Shown here one piece after another: positions 1 to 9,784 of a stretch of DNA of 64,000 nt; the first letter of the stretch is position 1, and the number at the start of each line of letters is the position of its first letter. The notes below the pieces were generated by a model. It saw only the letters and a list, made by a program, of their open reading frames with translations. It did no database searches and was not told the origin of the DNA. A program made the position numbers and the translations under genes. The stretch comes from a virus (lineage: Duplodnaviria > Caudoviricetes): IMG/VR virus record IMGVR_UViG_3300020049_010034, positions 32,914 through 96,913 of that record; one strand, written 5' to 3'.

Positions 1-192
1 GCGTACCGCAAGGCGGTTAAAGGAGTTCTGGTTCCTATTACCGATCTTACAGGGAAGATTATCCCCCATGTAAACGGAGCCTCTCACAAACAGCTTGTCC
101 GAAAGACTGAATCCCAAATTCTAACCGAACTTCGAGCAATCAAAAAACAACGGTTTGAAAAAGAACTAAAGAAAGCGACTGGTCGCGTATGA
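1..192 (+). CDS. hypothetical protein, 3' end only (truncated by window)
   Basis: Open frame 1 from base 1 to TGA at 190-192, overlapping the primase ATG (ATGA). Confidence 0.6.
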   Translation, partial: AYRKAVKGVLVPITDLTGKIIPHVNGASHKQLVRKTESQILTELRAIKKQRFEKELKKATGRV

Positions 193-1070
193 CGGAAAAC
201 GCACAAAAGCTTTTCAAGCTTCTTTTCAAAGAGGGTGAAAGCGTTTGCGTTAGCCCTAGCCAGTACGGCTTCCATTCCGTACCGCAAGAAGCGTTATTAT
301 CCCCATGCGTTGAGCTTGTCTCGAACAAAAAAGGCTTTCACGTCCAAGTACCTATTGAGAACTTGGAGATGGTTTCCATCAACCCGATTAGCGGAGCCAG
401 AAACGACGAGAACTGTACGTCGTTTAGGAATTTTCTAGTCGAGATGGACGATATGCCATTAAAAGAGCAGGCAGCTTATATTGCCGATAGCGGACTTCCT
501 TTTTCAGGATTGGTTTTCAGCGGCGGCAAGAGCTACCACTTTTTAATTTGTTTAGATGAATCTCTACCAGATCTAGATATATATCGTTTCTATAGCAGCT
601 GGATATTGGAAGCCTTAGACAAGGCAGATCCGTCAACTAAAAATCCTTCTAGATCCACAAGGATTCCAGACCACTTGAGGGAAGGCGGGTCGAAACAAGA
701 GCTACTTTACTGCGGAGAGTCCGTAACCATCGGACGTTTGCAAGCGTGGCTGAACGGCTTTGAGCGAAAAAGACCTGTTCCGAAAGTAAACGATTGGGTT
801 CCAAACCCTGATTTTGATTTCAAATACCTTCACCCTAAAACGAGAGATCAGCTTTTTAATGGGGTTGACGCCTCAAATGGCCGAAATAACGCATGGTTTA
901 TGATTGGACGTGATTTTGGATTAAAAGGTTGTGATCTTGAAGCGGCCATGGTATTCTTAAGAGAGAAGTTCCATCCCGAGCACGATTTCACGTCTCAGGA
1001 GTGGCAGAACACGATAGAAAGCGGTTATAAATACGGGGCTCGTAAACGGATGGAAAGCTACGGAGTGTAA
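189..1070 (+). CDS. DNA primase, AEP/RepB-like with PriCT-like C-terminal domain
   Basis: FLVEMDD acidic motif, VFSGGKSYH motif, DPSTKNPSRSTRIP, C-terminal GRNNAWF helical domain. Confidence 0.8.
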   Translation: MTENAQKLFKLLFKEGESVCVSPSQYGFHSVPQEALLSPCVELVSNKKGFHVQVPIENLEMVSINPISGARNDENCTSFRNFLVEMDDMPLKEQAAYIADSGLPFSGLVFSGGKSYHFLICLDESLPDLDIYRFYSSWILEALDKADPSTKNPSRSTRIPDHLREGGSKQELLYCGESVTIGRLQAWLNGFERKRPVPKVNDWVPNPDFDFKYLHPKTRDQLFNGVDASNGRNNAWFMIGRDFGLKGCDLEAAMVFLREKFHPEHDFTSQEWQNTIESGYKYGARKRMESYGV

Positions 1071-1679
1071 ATGAAGATCCTTAAAAGAGAAGATATAGAG
1101 CTTTACCATGACTATAAAATATGGCCATCCAAACGAACGATTAGCCTGTTTTCCGAAGCTATTATTGAAAGCGATGGTTCGCACGAAGAAACGGGAACCG
1201 ATACTTTCATGGTTCAGAGGTTTTTAAAGAACATAGAGCTTTTAGAGTCGGTTAGCAAAAAGCCGATAACCATTATAATGGACAACTGCGGCGGAGATAT
1301 TCACTCAGGTATGGCTATCTATGATCGAATCAAGCTATCCCCATGCTATATAACCATTAAGGTTTTCGGGGAAGCGTCCTCTATGGGGTCTATCATCCTA
1401 CAGGCTGCCGACAAACGCCTTATGAGCCAAAACTCTATTCAGATCATTCATTACGGAGCTTTTAGTGTTGGCGGCGAAGCAAAATCAGCCTACAAGTTCG
1501 TGGACGAATTCAAGAGGATTGATAAGTTTATGGAAAAGCTTTACATGGAAAAGATTAAGAAAAAAGATCCTCTGTTTCGTCTCGGGCGTTTGCAGCGACT
1601 ACTTTCCCATGACACATACCTAACAGCTGAAAAATCAGTTGACTTAGGCTTGGCAGATGGTATTATTAAAGAGTTATGA
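1071..1679 (+). CDS. clpP: ClpP-like serine protease
   Basis: ITIIMDNCGGDIHSGMAIYD, GEASSMGSIILQA (catalytic Ser), IH (His), DTYLTAEKSVDLGLADGI. Confidence 0.9.
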   Translation: MKILKREDIELYHDYKIWPSKRTISLFSEAIIESDGSHEETGTDTFMVQRFLKNIELLESVSKKPITIIMDNCGGDIHSGMAIYDRIKLSPCYITIKVFGEASSMGSIILQAADKRLMSQNSIQIIHYGAFSVGGEAKSAYKFVDEFKRIDKFMEKLYMEKIKKKDPLFRLGRLQRLLSHDTYLTAEKSVDLGLADGIIKEL

Positions 1680-1942
1680 ACAAAAGAAAAATCAAAGATT
1701 TAGAGGATGAGGTGTATTTTGCTACCCGTGAGGCAGAGGAAGTACGATACTTTCTAGGTCATAAGATAAAGATTCTTGAAGAGCAGAACGCAATAATGCG
1801 TAGATATCTTAATTTGATCTTGATAGACCCAATTAATAAGCCTGAGAATGCGTATGGATGGGAAGCTATTCGAGAGCGAGATGTAAGGGATGCGAGACAG
1901 GCTTTGACAGAAGTAAAAGAATTGGAGTTGAAAAATGAGTAA
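1676..1942 (+). CDS. hypothetical protein
   Basis: ORF coupled to both neighbours by overlapping start and stop. Confidence 0.65.
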   Translation: MNKRKIKDLEDEVYFATREAEEVRYFLGHKIKILEEQNAIMRRYLNLILIDPINKPENAYGWEAIRERDVRDARQALTEVKELELKNE

Positions 1943-2333
1943 AGAACTATCAGTACAAGGTTTAGGCGACGCGGTTAGAGATAAGGTAAGGGGGGCTATT
2001 TTTAGTAGTATTCCTGACGAGGCTATCCAGTCGCTGATTGAAAAAGAGTTTAGCGATCTAAACACCGCCAAATACCATAGCGATAAATCGCCGCTAAAAC
2101 AAATTATATACGATGAAATCAGAAAACAAGCGGGCGAAAGAATAAGGTTAAAAGTTACTGATTATTTGGAAAAAACCTTTCAAGCCAACGAGAAAGAATT
2201 GGTCGACGCAGCGATTTCCGAGATTGCCAAGGTCTTTATGCAGTCCATGGCGAATGATTTTGCTAGGGCGGCTGTTCGCGATCTTACCCAAAATCTTAGA
2301 CAGTCTGGCTATAATTTTAATGGGAGCTACTAA
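1935..2333 (+). CDS. hypothetical protein
   Basis: 132 aa helical ORF, GGAG SD upstream. Confidence 0.7.
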   Translation: MSKELSVQGLGDAVRDKVRGAIFSSIPDEAIQSLIEKEFSDLNTAKYHSDKSPLKQIIYDEIRKQAGERIRLKVTDYLEKTFQANEKELVDAAISEIAKVFMQSMANDFARAAVRDLTQNLRQSGYNFNGSY

Positions 2334-2334
2334 C

Positions 2335-2598
2335 ATGGAGACGCCACAAGAAGAACTTTCTCTTAGAAAACGAAAGAGTTGGGAAAACGAAGAACTGATT
2401 AGTAAATTTACTAAGAAGTTATGGGAAGATTTATTTGAAGCCACGAAAGATTTTGAGGATCCTAGACGATACATTATCTTTAGCCGAGTAACTGGTTTTT
2501 TGGTTGCAAACGTATATCTACCAATCGTGTCAAAGGCCGTCGAGGACGCGTTGGGGTCAGCGCCCGATTCAGCTGGGGATTCGGAGGGTAAGAAATGA
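2335..2598 (+). CDS. hypothetical protein
   Basis: ATG just after the upstream stop with GGGAG SD; start moved from ORF-track 2224. Confidence 0.6.
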   Translation: METPQEELSLRKRKSWENEELISKFTKKLWEDLFEATKDFEDPRRYIIFSRVTGFLVANVYLPIVSKAVEDALGSAPDSAGDSEGKK

Positions 2599-2810
2599 AA
2601 ACTTTTGTATTCGAGTTTGATATTAACGGTCGGGCGACTGCCACAGTGAAGGCCGAAACTTTCGAAGAGGCTTGTAAGCTTTTTGACGACGGGAGCTTTG
2701 ATTCCAAGGTTCAAGAATGGGATTTTGACTTTCCATACGGTATGCGGTTTGACGAAGAACATTTGAAAGACTATCTGGTTTCGGAGGATGAAAACAATGA
2801 CAATACCTAA
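2595..2810 (+). CDS. small acidic hypothetical protein
   Basis: ATGA overlap, GGAGGG SD. Confidence 0.7.
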   Translation: MKTFVFEFDINGRATATVKAETFEEACKLFDDGSFDSKVQEWDFDFPYGMRFDEEHLKDYLVSEDENNDNT

Positions 2811-3213
2811 TGAAGAATCATTAGCAGCACCTATAAAGAAGCCGAAAAAATACGCATGGAGCACTGACGGGGAGCGTTTCCAAGGAGATTCCGATTCAAA
2901 AGAAGACTGCGTGGAGGAAGCTCGGGCAATGTGCGATACGGATGAAGATTTTTTCTATGTTGGAGAATGCGCTCCATTCATTCCTGAAATCAGCTCTATC
3001 GATATCCTTGATCAGCTTGGCTGTGACGCGGTTGATTTTGCAGGTGAGGCAGGCGAGGAGTGGCTATCCTACATCTCCAAACAGGAAAGAGAGCTTCTGG
3101 ATTCAAAACTAGAAACCGCGTTAAGTGAGTGGCTGTCTGAAACGGGAAATAAGCCGACTTTTTTTGGTATTAAGAACATGGAAAAATATGCGGTCGAAAG
3201 GGGTTTGGAATGA
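2788..3213 (+). CDS. conserved phage hypothetical protein (acidic)
   Basis: GGAGG SD; YAWSTDGERFQG...CVEEA...GEAGEEWL pattern typical of phage early proteins. Confidence 0.7.
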   Translation: MKTMTIPNEESLAAPIKKPKKYAWSTDGERFQGDSDSKEDCVEEARAMCDTDEDFFYVGECAPFIPEISSIDILDQLGCDAVDFAGEAGEEWLSYISKQERELLDSKLETALSEWLSETGNKPTFFGIKNMEKYAVERGLE

Positions 3214-3638
3214 CTGCTGAAAAATTCCTCAGCGATTGTGAGGCCAGATTGAGAAAAGCTACGCCTGCGCCTTGGTATGTGGATGGCACAGAAGTAAGAC
3301 ATGATTTCGACCCGTATTCTGAAGAAACAGACTGTTCGGTTCAAATTTGTGAAGTCCATAGAATAAGCGATGAGCTAGATCGTAAAAAAGACGACAGAGA
3401 GTTCATCGCCCATTCTCGTTCAGACATCGAACGCTTAATCCAAATTGTGCGCGAAAAGAATAAAGATACTGAACGGCTTGAATGGATAATAAAAAATAGA
3501 AAAACCGTGGAAAAAACAGTCGAAGGATTCTGCGTTTACCCGTGTGCATGGGATAAATTTAAGCCAACACCACGCGAAGCCATCGACGCAGCAATGCAAG
3601 AATCCCGCGCAGACGAAATATCAGGAGGACGGAAATGA
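3210..3638 (+). CDS. Ead/Ea22-like protein with C-terminal DTERLEW...TPREAIDAAM module
   Basis: RLRKATPAPWYV...DREFIAHSRSDIERL resembles the Ead/Ea22 family; C-terminal module shared with 4913..5209. Confidence 0.65.
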   Translation: MTAEKFLSDCEARLRKATPAPWYVDGTEVRHDFDPYSEETDCSVQICEVHRISDELDRKKDDREFIAHSRSDIERLIQIVREKNKDTERLEWIIKNRKTVEKTVEGFCVYPCAWDKFKPTPREAIDAAMQESRADEISGGRK

Positions 3639-3874
3639 GAAGAACTCTAATTGGAGTAGTGGCTCGAAATTTTACAGAGTTTAAAAGACTTTTCAATAGA
3701 CACGCAAAAGCTGACCCAGAAGTGAGATTTATATATTTGTGCGATGTAACACGAATGCGCGGTTTTCGAGGCGAAATTCAATTATGGGGTGATTGGATGA
3801 AGAGAAAGGATTTTGATGAAATTCACAAAGAAATACAGATACGGACATCCAGTCTGATCGAGGATTCAAAATGA
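3635..3874 (+). CDS. hypothetical protein
   Basis: ATGA overlap, AGGAGG SD. Confidence 0.65.
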   Translation: MRRTLIGVVARNFTEFKRLFNRHAKADPEVRFIYLCDVTRMRGFRGEIQLWGDWMKRKDFDEIHKEIQIRTSSLIEDSK

Positions 3875-4179
3875 ACCCCATCAACCAAATCATTGCGGAA
3901 GGGAAAAGGCTTTGTGAGGGGGCTATTGGTGTCACAAACGATTTAGTGAATCGACAGGTTCCAATTGAAGAAGCGGGTGAACCGGAAGAATATGAAAAAT
4001 TTCTTGTTTATCACAATCCCTACAAAATGAAACACCTGTACGAAACTCTTGAGAAGGCGGTGAAGTTAGCTGAGCACTTTAAAGATCATGGGCACTTTGA
4101 GTATAACGAAGAGGGTCAAGAAGTTGATGTTTATCCAGCTCGTGAATTTTTAGCATTAATAGAAAAGCGGGGTGGATAA
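3871..4179 (+). CDS. hypothetical protein
   Basis: ATGA overlap, GAGG SD. Confidence 0.65.
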   Translation: MNPINQIIAEGKRLCEGAIGVTNDLVNRQVPIEEAGEPEEYEKFLVYHNPYKMKHLYETLEKAVKLAEHFKDHGHFEYNEEGQEVDVYPAREFLALIEKRGG

Positions 4180-4388
4180 TGAGCAGTATAGAAATCAAAC
4201 CAGCAAATAAATTTAATGTTGAAACGCTACTTGTAACGGATAACAGGAATGGCGCAGGGTTCGAGGTTTGGGCTTACCCAGATTGTGTTTTAATTCAAGA
4301 CACGCAATCAATGAACGTAACCTCAATAACCCAAAATCAATTCGACAAGATTTATAAATTTGTTAAAAAGCACGGGAAATTAAAATGA
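4179..4388 (+). CDS. hypothetical protein
   Basis: TAATG overlap with the upstream stop. Confidence 0.6.
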   Translation: MSSIEIKPANKFNVETLLVTDNRNGAGFEVWAYPDCVLIQDTQSMNVTSITQNQFDKIYKFVKKHGKLK

Positions 4389-4422
4389 AACCCACCCGAC
4401 TTATTTGCGAGGAAGGAAGTTT

Positions 4423-4710
4423 ATGAGTGGCGGCAGTTACGACTATATTTGCTTTAAACTTGAGGAGCTATCGGAAAGCATTCGAAATCAAGATACCGAC
4501 CCTCGTCGCGCTTCGTTCTCAAAGCTTTTAAAGCTTATTTCCGTGGCCATGCACGATATTGAATGGGTGGATTCTTGTGATTATAGTCAGGGCGCTGACC
4601 ATAAGGCGATCGACGCCGTCTTTTCGTTTCTTGGAAGTGATCCAGAAACAATTAAAAAGGCTCGTTCATTTGACGAGCTTAAAATAAGACTACAGGAATA
4701 TTTAAAATGA
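4423..4710 (+). CDS. conserved phage hypothetical protein
   Basis: MSGGSYDYI...AMHDIEWVDSCDY pattern common in phage early regions; GAGGAAGG SD. Confidence 0.7.
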   Translation: MSGGSYDYICFKLEELSESIRNQDTDPRRASFSKLLKLISVAMHDIEWVDSCDYSQGADHKAIDAVFSFLGSDPETIKKARSFDELKIRLQEYLK

Positions 4711-4734
4711 CCGAACGCAAAATAAAAGGTACTT

Positions 4735-4881
4735 ATGAGCTTTAGAAGATCTCGATGGTATAGATTTTTTGCTTGGGTGGTTGGCAAGACAAGCGAGTGC
4801 CGAGTGTGTTATAGAATGCTATGGCCAAGCGATACAATTTGTAGCCATGAATGCGCCACGGAATTTTTAGAACGACTTTGA
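4735..4881 (+). CDS. small putative zinc-ribbon protein (48 aa)
   Basis: Below the ORF-track cutoff; CRVC...CSHEC; AAAGG upstream. Confidence 0.45.
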   Translation: MSFRRSRWYRFFAWVVGKTSECRVCYRMLWPSDTICSHECATEFLERL

Positions 4882-4912
4882 TCAGGTAAAGCTATCAAAA
4901 CCAGAGGAACAA

Positions 4913-5209
4913 ATGAAAACAGAAAATATTTCAGTTGCGGATTTTATCAGGTCGAACCTTGACACTCCCCTTATAGTTTTCGGTGGATTGACAGGTATTA
5001 AATTTGCGGAAAAGCATGGGTGGGATGAGGTATGGTGCTGCCTAGCTCGTATGTATGGAATGATGCCGTCTTTTAAAGATACTGAGCGACTGGAGTGGCT
5101 TCTAGATAAAAGATACAAAATTAAAGATGGTGAATACTATGTTGCTGGAGTTGGATATTCCAAAACACCGCGAGAAGCCATCGACGCAGCAATGAAAGAT
5201 GAAAATTAA
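4913..5209 (+). CDS. hypothetical protein with DTERLEW...TPREAIDAAM module
   Basis: GAGGA SD; C-terminus paralogous to 3210..3638. Confidence 0.7.
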   Translation: MKTENISVADFIRSNLDTPLIVFGGLTGIKFAEKHGWDEVWCCLARMYGMMPSFKDTERLEWLLDKRYKIKDGEYYVAGVGYSKTPREAIDAAMKDEN

Positions 5210-5519
5210 AATGAAAATTTATAGAGATTTTGATGACTATTGGCAAAATGGAGATCATGGCTGGTCAAGTGCTAGTATCGATATTGCAAAAGAGGAATGG
5301 GAGCGATTCGCCCCGACTATTAACGCATCGCGGGATGATTATAAAAACTTGTATTTAAGTTTGTGTAAAGAAATTGCAGATAGAAAATGTATGCACGTTG
5401 ACGCACTGTATAAATACATTAGTCTGTTTACAAAAGAAGATGCACCAACATTTCCTAGATGGTGGAGTAAAGACATTATGAAGGAACTTGATAGCGAAAC
5501 GCCAAAGGATAAGGAATGA
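5199..5519 (+). CDS. hypothetical protein
   Basis: Overlaps both neighbours. Confidence 0.65.
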   Translation: MKIKMKIYRDFDDYWQNGDHGWSSASIDIAKEEWERFAPTINASRDDYKNLYLSLCKEIADRKCMHVDALYKYISLFTKEDAPTFPRWWSKDIMKELDSETPKDKE

Positions 5520-6472
5520 CATCTAAATATAACTTTGCATGGGGAGATCCCGTCGGAATCAGGCAGGTACTGGTTTCCGTATATCCAGAGTTAAAGCTTC
5601 CTTGGTTTAATCCAGAAGATATGGGATACGGTCAGCATCAAGGGGACGACTCTCTGATTGCCGCCATACGCCAAGGCTTAAAGCAGGACTACGCTCACAT
5701 ACTTATCACGACAGGGTGCAGTCAGGCTATCCAAGCCGCCCTGTACGCGTTAAAAACAGACCTTCACAGCAAAGTTAGAACAAGATCTCTTTATTTCCCT
5801 TTTTACCCCAAGATGATTGAAGTGAGCGGCCTCAGTAGAAACACCAGAACGGAAGACCCTACAGATATCCTGCTATGGGACGTACCATCAAACCCCTTGG
5901 GTATGGTAAACTTTCCCTTGGTTCAAAACCCGACTATTTTAGATCTGTCTTATATGTCAGATACCTACCTAGCAAAACCCATAACCACGCCAAAAGCTAC
6001 CGTAGCGGTCGGGAGCCTTGGTAAGCTTACGGGCATGACTGGCTTGCGATTAGGCTTTCTTGCTACCGATAGCGACTCCTTATATTTAAAAGCTTACGAT
6101 CGGGTGTGCTTTGACAGTATCGGAGCGCCAGCGGTTGGTCAAAAAACAATCGCGAAAATCCTATCCGATCAGGATCGCTGGATGTTTTTCACAGCTAGAT
6201 CTAAAGCGATGGTTGACTCGAATCGCTATGAAATCAGTAGGTTAAGTTACCTATTTGACGGGCAAGAGATACCTGAGAACGGGATGTTTGCTTTTTTTAG
6301 CTCAAACCCAAGGGTTGGACGTATCTTCGAAAAAGCATCGGTTGCTTGGACTTCGGGCTTGGATTGCGGTGCGGATTACTACTCTATGCGCTTTAACCTG
6401 TCCAGAACTAATATAGAGACCCGCAACATGGTTAATCAGGTTTTAAAAATAGATAAGAATAGCGTTAAATAA
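5516..6472 (+). CDS. PLP-dependent aminotransferase class I/II-like enzyme
   Basis: ILITTGCSQA, PSNPLG, ILDLSY, GSLGKLTGMTGLRLG (PLP-binding Lys motif), C-terminal MRFN. Confidence 0.85.
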   Translation: MTSKYNFAWGDPVGIRQVLVSVYPELKLPWFNPEDMGYGQHQGDDSLIAAIRQGLKQDYAHILITTGCSQAIQAALYALKTDLHSKVRTRSLYFPFYPKMIEVSGLSRNTRTEDPTDILLWDVPSNPLGMVNFPLVQNPTILDLSYMSDTYLAKPITTPKATVAVGSLGKLTGMTGLRLGFLATDSDSLYLKAYDRVCFDSIGAPAVGQKTIAKILSDQDRWMFFTARSKAMVDSNRYEISRLSYLFDGQEIPENGMFAFFSSNPRVGRIFEKASVAWTSGLDCGADYYSMRFNLSRTNIETRNMVNQVLKIDKNSVK

Positions 6473-6475
6473 GTG

Positions 6476-6504
6476 TTGACGACTCCCTCGCGTTGCATTA
6501 GTCT
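6476..6504 (+). promoter_or_regulatory. sigma70-like early promoter
   Basis: TTGACG-17 nt-TAGTCT. Confidence 0.65.
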
Positions 6505-6548
6505 CTATTCATGGGCAGCAATTAAGCAGCTCTAAAGAAAATAACGAT

Positions 6549-6752
6549 ATGAACAACCATAAATTTGTTTTAGTGTTTAGAACCCATAATTATTTTGATG
6601 GTATAAAAAACAACAATCAGGATTCTTATGGCTGGGAGTTAGTAGATAATGTTGAGTATACTGACTACACTACAGCTAAAGCTATGATGGCTGAGTATCA
6701 ACAAGCTTTCACCAACTACTGCGTTCGTATTAGAGCAATTCGATTAACATAA
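6549..6752 (+). CDS. hypothetical protein
   Basis: First ORF downstream of the promoter and leader hairpin. Confidence 0.65.
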   Translation: MNNHKFVLVFRTHNYFDGIKNNNQDSYGWELVDNVEYTDYTTAKAMMAEYQQAFTNYCVRIRAIRLT

Positions 6753-6759
6753 AAAGGAA

Positions 6760-6999
6760 ATGATTATGAAAAAAACACACGGTATCGTAAAATGGTTTAA
6801 CTCAACAAAAGGTTACGGATTCATCCAAGCCGAAAACAATGACGAAATATTCGTTCACTACAGCGCGATCGTATCGGACGGTTTCCAAGATCTAAAAGAG
6901 AGTCAGAATGTTAGTTTTGAACTGGTAAGCGGCCCCAAAGGCCCTCAAGCTTTCAACGTAGTCGTAACCGATATCCAGCCAAACTATATCGAAAGTTGA
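6760..6999 (+). CDS. cold-shock domain protein (CspA family)
   Basis: [15 protein letters not shown] (RNP1), EIFVHYSAI (RNP2), [10 protein letters not shown]. Confidence 0.95.
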   Translation: MIMKKTHGIVKWFNSTKGYGFIQAENNDEIFVHYSAIVSDGFQDLKESQNVSFELVSGPKGPQAFNVVVTDIQPNYIES

Positions 7000-7005
7000 T
7001 GGGAA

Positions 7006-7338
7006 ATGAGATTTCTAAGATTTTTAATTCGGATCGGTGATATCATTTGGAGTAGGCGTATGAACAAGCTCATGAAGAAAATCGAATACAAGGAAATGAT
7101 CTTAAACGAACTTGCGAGGCAAAAGGAAGAGCTTTACGGAAAACTTGCCAAGCATTGGAAGACTCTGGAGCAAAAAGATCAAGAACTTCAAGCACTTAAA
7201 GACGAAAACGAATCTCTAAAGCGGACGGTGGTCGAATACAAAAACAAACTCAAAAAAGAGAAGGGTCGTATTGATTGGATTAAAAAATCTTTCAACACCT
7301 ACTTCAAAGATCTTGCAAAAGATAAGAAATCAAAATAA
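7006..7338 (+). CDS. coiled-coil hypothetical protein
   Basis: Heptad-rich K/E/L sequence. Confidence 0.65.
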   Translation: MRFLRFLIRIGDIIWSRRMNKLMKKIEYKEMILNELARQKEELYGKLAKHWKTLEQKDQELQALKDENESLKRTVVEYKNKLKKEKGRIDWIKKSFNTYFKDLAKDKKSK

Positions 7339-7358
7339 ACTACAAATAAGGAGACTCT

Positions 7359-7835
7359 ATGTTTGGAAACAGTAAAGAATTAAAGAACCTACAGAATCAA
7401 ATGGACGCTTTGAAAGCAATGGTCACGACCACTAACACTAACCTAAGAGTGTGGACTGAGCATCACAGTAGCCGCATCCATGCCTTGGAGCAAGGCGAGC
7501 CTGCCAAAGAGCTAGAAGCTACGAGAAAAGAACTGGAAGCTACGAAAAAAGAGCTTTCTTATTTTAAAGAAGCGACAAAACAACTTGCCGCACAAGAAAA
7601 AAAGTCATTCGTATTAAAAGACAAGAAAATGGTACAGACCCTAAAAGCAAAGCAGTTAGGAGAACTGGAAGAGGCTTTAATGAACGTCCCGTCGCAGGCT
7701 CAGGGGTTTCAAGGTGTTGCAATCGTGTATGAAAAGAAAAGCAAAAAAATAACGGTTCAAAACTTCAATTCTAGAGAAGAGGGCTTAACATTGGTTGGGA
7801 AGGCTAAAAAAGGGGATATCAGCCTTGTTTTCTAA
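7359..7835 (+). CDS. coiled-coil hypothetical protein
   Basis: AAGGAG SD; internal KELEAT tandem repeat. Confidence 0.7.
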   Translation: MFGNSKELKNLQNQMDALKAMVTTTNTNLRVWTEHHSSRIHALEQGEPAKELEATRKELEATKKELSYFKEATKQLAAQEKKSFVLKDKKMVQTLKAKQLGELEEALMNVPSQAQGFQGVAIVYEKKSKKITVQNFNSREEGLTLVGKAKKGDISLVF

Positions 7836-7857
7836 ATCCATTGGTTCGGACGGTATA

Positions 7858-9774
7858 ATGGAGGCTACTTTTTCTAGACAAGACGACCGCGTGTGCGTCT
7901 TGTTCAGAAGGTATTTGAAGAGTCCTCCATCCCAACCCAAGCCAGTGGAATACAACCCAATATCTGGTCTAGCCTCTTCAATCTTACAAAACCACGCTCT
8001 GGGCGGCACTACTCAGAATAGCTCCTCAGTAACGCAAACATTTCTAGAAAGGCTTCCCCTTTTGCTAACATCCCCAATAGTGGGAGATCTCTCCTCAAAT
8101 CAGGTGATTACGGCGACATCTACTGGAGAAATTAAATGGGAAAATCAACCTACTCTGGAGGTCTACCTTTCAGACGGTCAGCTCTCAAGTTCTTGTGGTG
8201 AAGATGTTTTCGTGGAAAGGCTTGATTTTTCATTCAGCGAAAATGGCACCTTGGAGATTTGTTATTTTAAAAAGAATCAAGAAGAGTCCTACGATTCTTT
8301 TTATACGCCGTCGATAAAAGCTTTGTGGAGCGAAATAGACCACATCATAGCGTATTTGTTTTTAAATTTTAAAACCTCAATGCCTTTCTTTCTCCGAAAT
8401 CTATACAGTCTTGCGAAAGAAAAGGGTTCGTACTTTCGAGAATTTGAAGGCAAAGAAGATCTAGCGGTTTTAAACGAATTTAAAATATATTCCGATACCA
8501 TACGTTTTAAGTCGCCTTTTATCAAAGAAATTCTAAGTACGATTGACGAAGAGCAAGTTTCAAGAATTGCAAATAATCTACCTAACAGGTCTATACTGCC
8601 CCAAACCTTTTCAGAAATAATCACGGAAAGGTTCGGCAAAGTGTCAAGCACTCTGGCGAATGCCATTAGACAAACCGTTCTATTGAAAAATGAAATTACG
8701 ATGAATGTATCTTGCCTAGATACGTTACCGATCGTTTATAAAATGCTTGGGTACGATTATTTCTATCAATTTCTTGGTCGGTATAACTGGGATGTAAAAC
8801 AGGAAGATCGCGAAGGTATAAGTTTCATAAATTGGGAGTCGATAGCTTTCCAAGCACACGGTGACAAAATCGTCAAGCTGATAACTCCAAAAAAACTTGT
8901 CAACTGCCTTTTAAAAGGCTCACTCACCTCAAACTTAGAGTATCTAAGGGACGGCTTGAATATGTATTTGGCATATGATTCGGTAGAGAAGATACCTAAC
9001 ACGCTAAAAGATAGTTTTCCAAGCGGTATCTCTTTGGATTTTAACTTCGGGACGATAAAAGAGTGGCATGATAAGATTAGCGACCAGCATATCCTGATCA
9101 AAGCCGAGGAGAAATCTAGGCCGATTCCAATCCACCCAAGCTTACACGGTCTTACCGCCTATCAAGACAAAGGATACAGAGCTGAGTTTGCAAGCCACAC
9201 CAAAGACTTGATAGTTTGGGGTAAAAAACTCGATATCTGTATTGGTTCTTATGATGACAAGGCTATAAAAGGGGAAAGCGTTTTAGGCGCAATATACCAT
9301 AAAAATGAATTGGTTGCTTGCTTTGAAATGCGTGGCCAAAGAATGGCCTATGTAGACACAAGCGGTTTGCCTTGGGATCCTGCAATTCTAGAAGCTAAAA
9401 GTGACGGCGATATCTTTGACGTCCAAAGCAATAAGATGAAAGAAACTTTGTCTATTCTTCCTGTTGTAAGTGACTGGACTAAAGATGGCGTTGACCACGG
9501 CCTTTTAATTCGAAGCATCGTTCAAATCAAGGGGAAGAGAAATAAAGCCCCAGAATTGAAAGAGCAAGAATTTTTGATGGAGGCTTTATCCCACTGGATT
9601 GAGAACGGCGGGCAGGTTGCCAGAACGTCTTTGCGCTCTGATAATCGGGACAGAACGATAGACGGAATGGTTCTTGACGCTATTAATTACAATTACCAGA
9701 TAGGCGATTTAGTGACTCAGAACCCGCACGGGCTTTATACGACAACGTATTACCAAAACGCTGCTAATGAGTAG
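7858..9774 (+). CDS. PcfJ-like domain protein
   Basis: IKEWHDKIS...DLIVWGKKLDICIGSY...ACFEM...QIKGKRNK matches the PcfJ-like domain; start 7858 or 7795. Confidence 0.75.
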   Translation: MEATFSRQDDRVCVLFRRYLKSPPSQPKPVEYNPISGLASSILQNHALGGTTQNSSSVTQTFLERLPLLLTSPIVGDLSSNQVITATSTGEIKWENQPTLEVYLSDGQLSSSCGEDVFVERLDFSFSENGTLEICYFKKNQEESYDSFYTPSIKALWSEIDHIIAYLFLNFKTSMPFFLRNLYSLAKEKGSYFREFEGKEDLAVLNEFKIYSDTIRFKSPFIKEILSTIDEEQVSRIANNLPNRSILPQTFSEIITERFGKVSSTLANAIRQTVLLKNEITMNVSCLDTLPIVYKMLGYDYFYQFLGRYNWDVKQEDREGISFINWESIAFQAHGDKIVKLITPKKLVNCLLKGSLTSNLEYLRDGLNMYLAYDSVEKIPNTLKDSFPSGISLDFNFGTIKEWHDKISDQHILIKAEEKSRPIPIHPSLHGLTAYQDKGYRAEFASHTKDLIVWGKKLDICIGSYDDKAIKGESVLGAIYHKNELVACFEMRGQRMAYVDTSGLPWDPAILEAKSDGDIFDVQSNKMKETLSILPVVSDWTKDGVDHGLLIRSIVQIKGKRNKAPELKEQEFLMEALSHWIENGGQVARTSLRSDNRDRTIDGMVLDAINYNYQIGDLVTQNPHGLYTTTYYQNAANE

Positions 9775-9784
9775 TACGGGATGG

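Noticed and set aside
2148-2864. 238-aa minus-strand ORF and other antisense ORFs in the track (e.g. 24575..25012, 46199..46651, 30038..30289, 37421..37672)
   Set aside because: They are shadows of coupled plus-strand genes or of tRNA genes and show no recognisable motifs.
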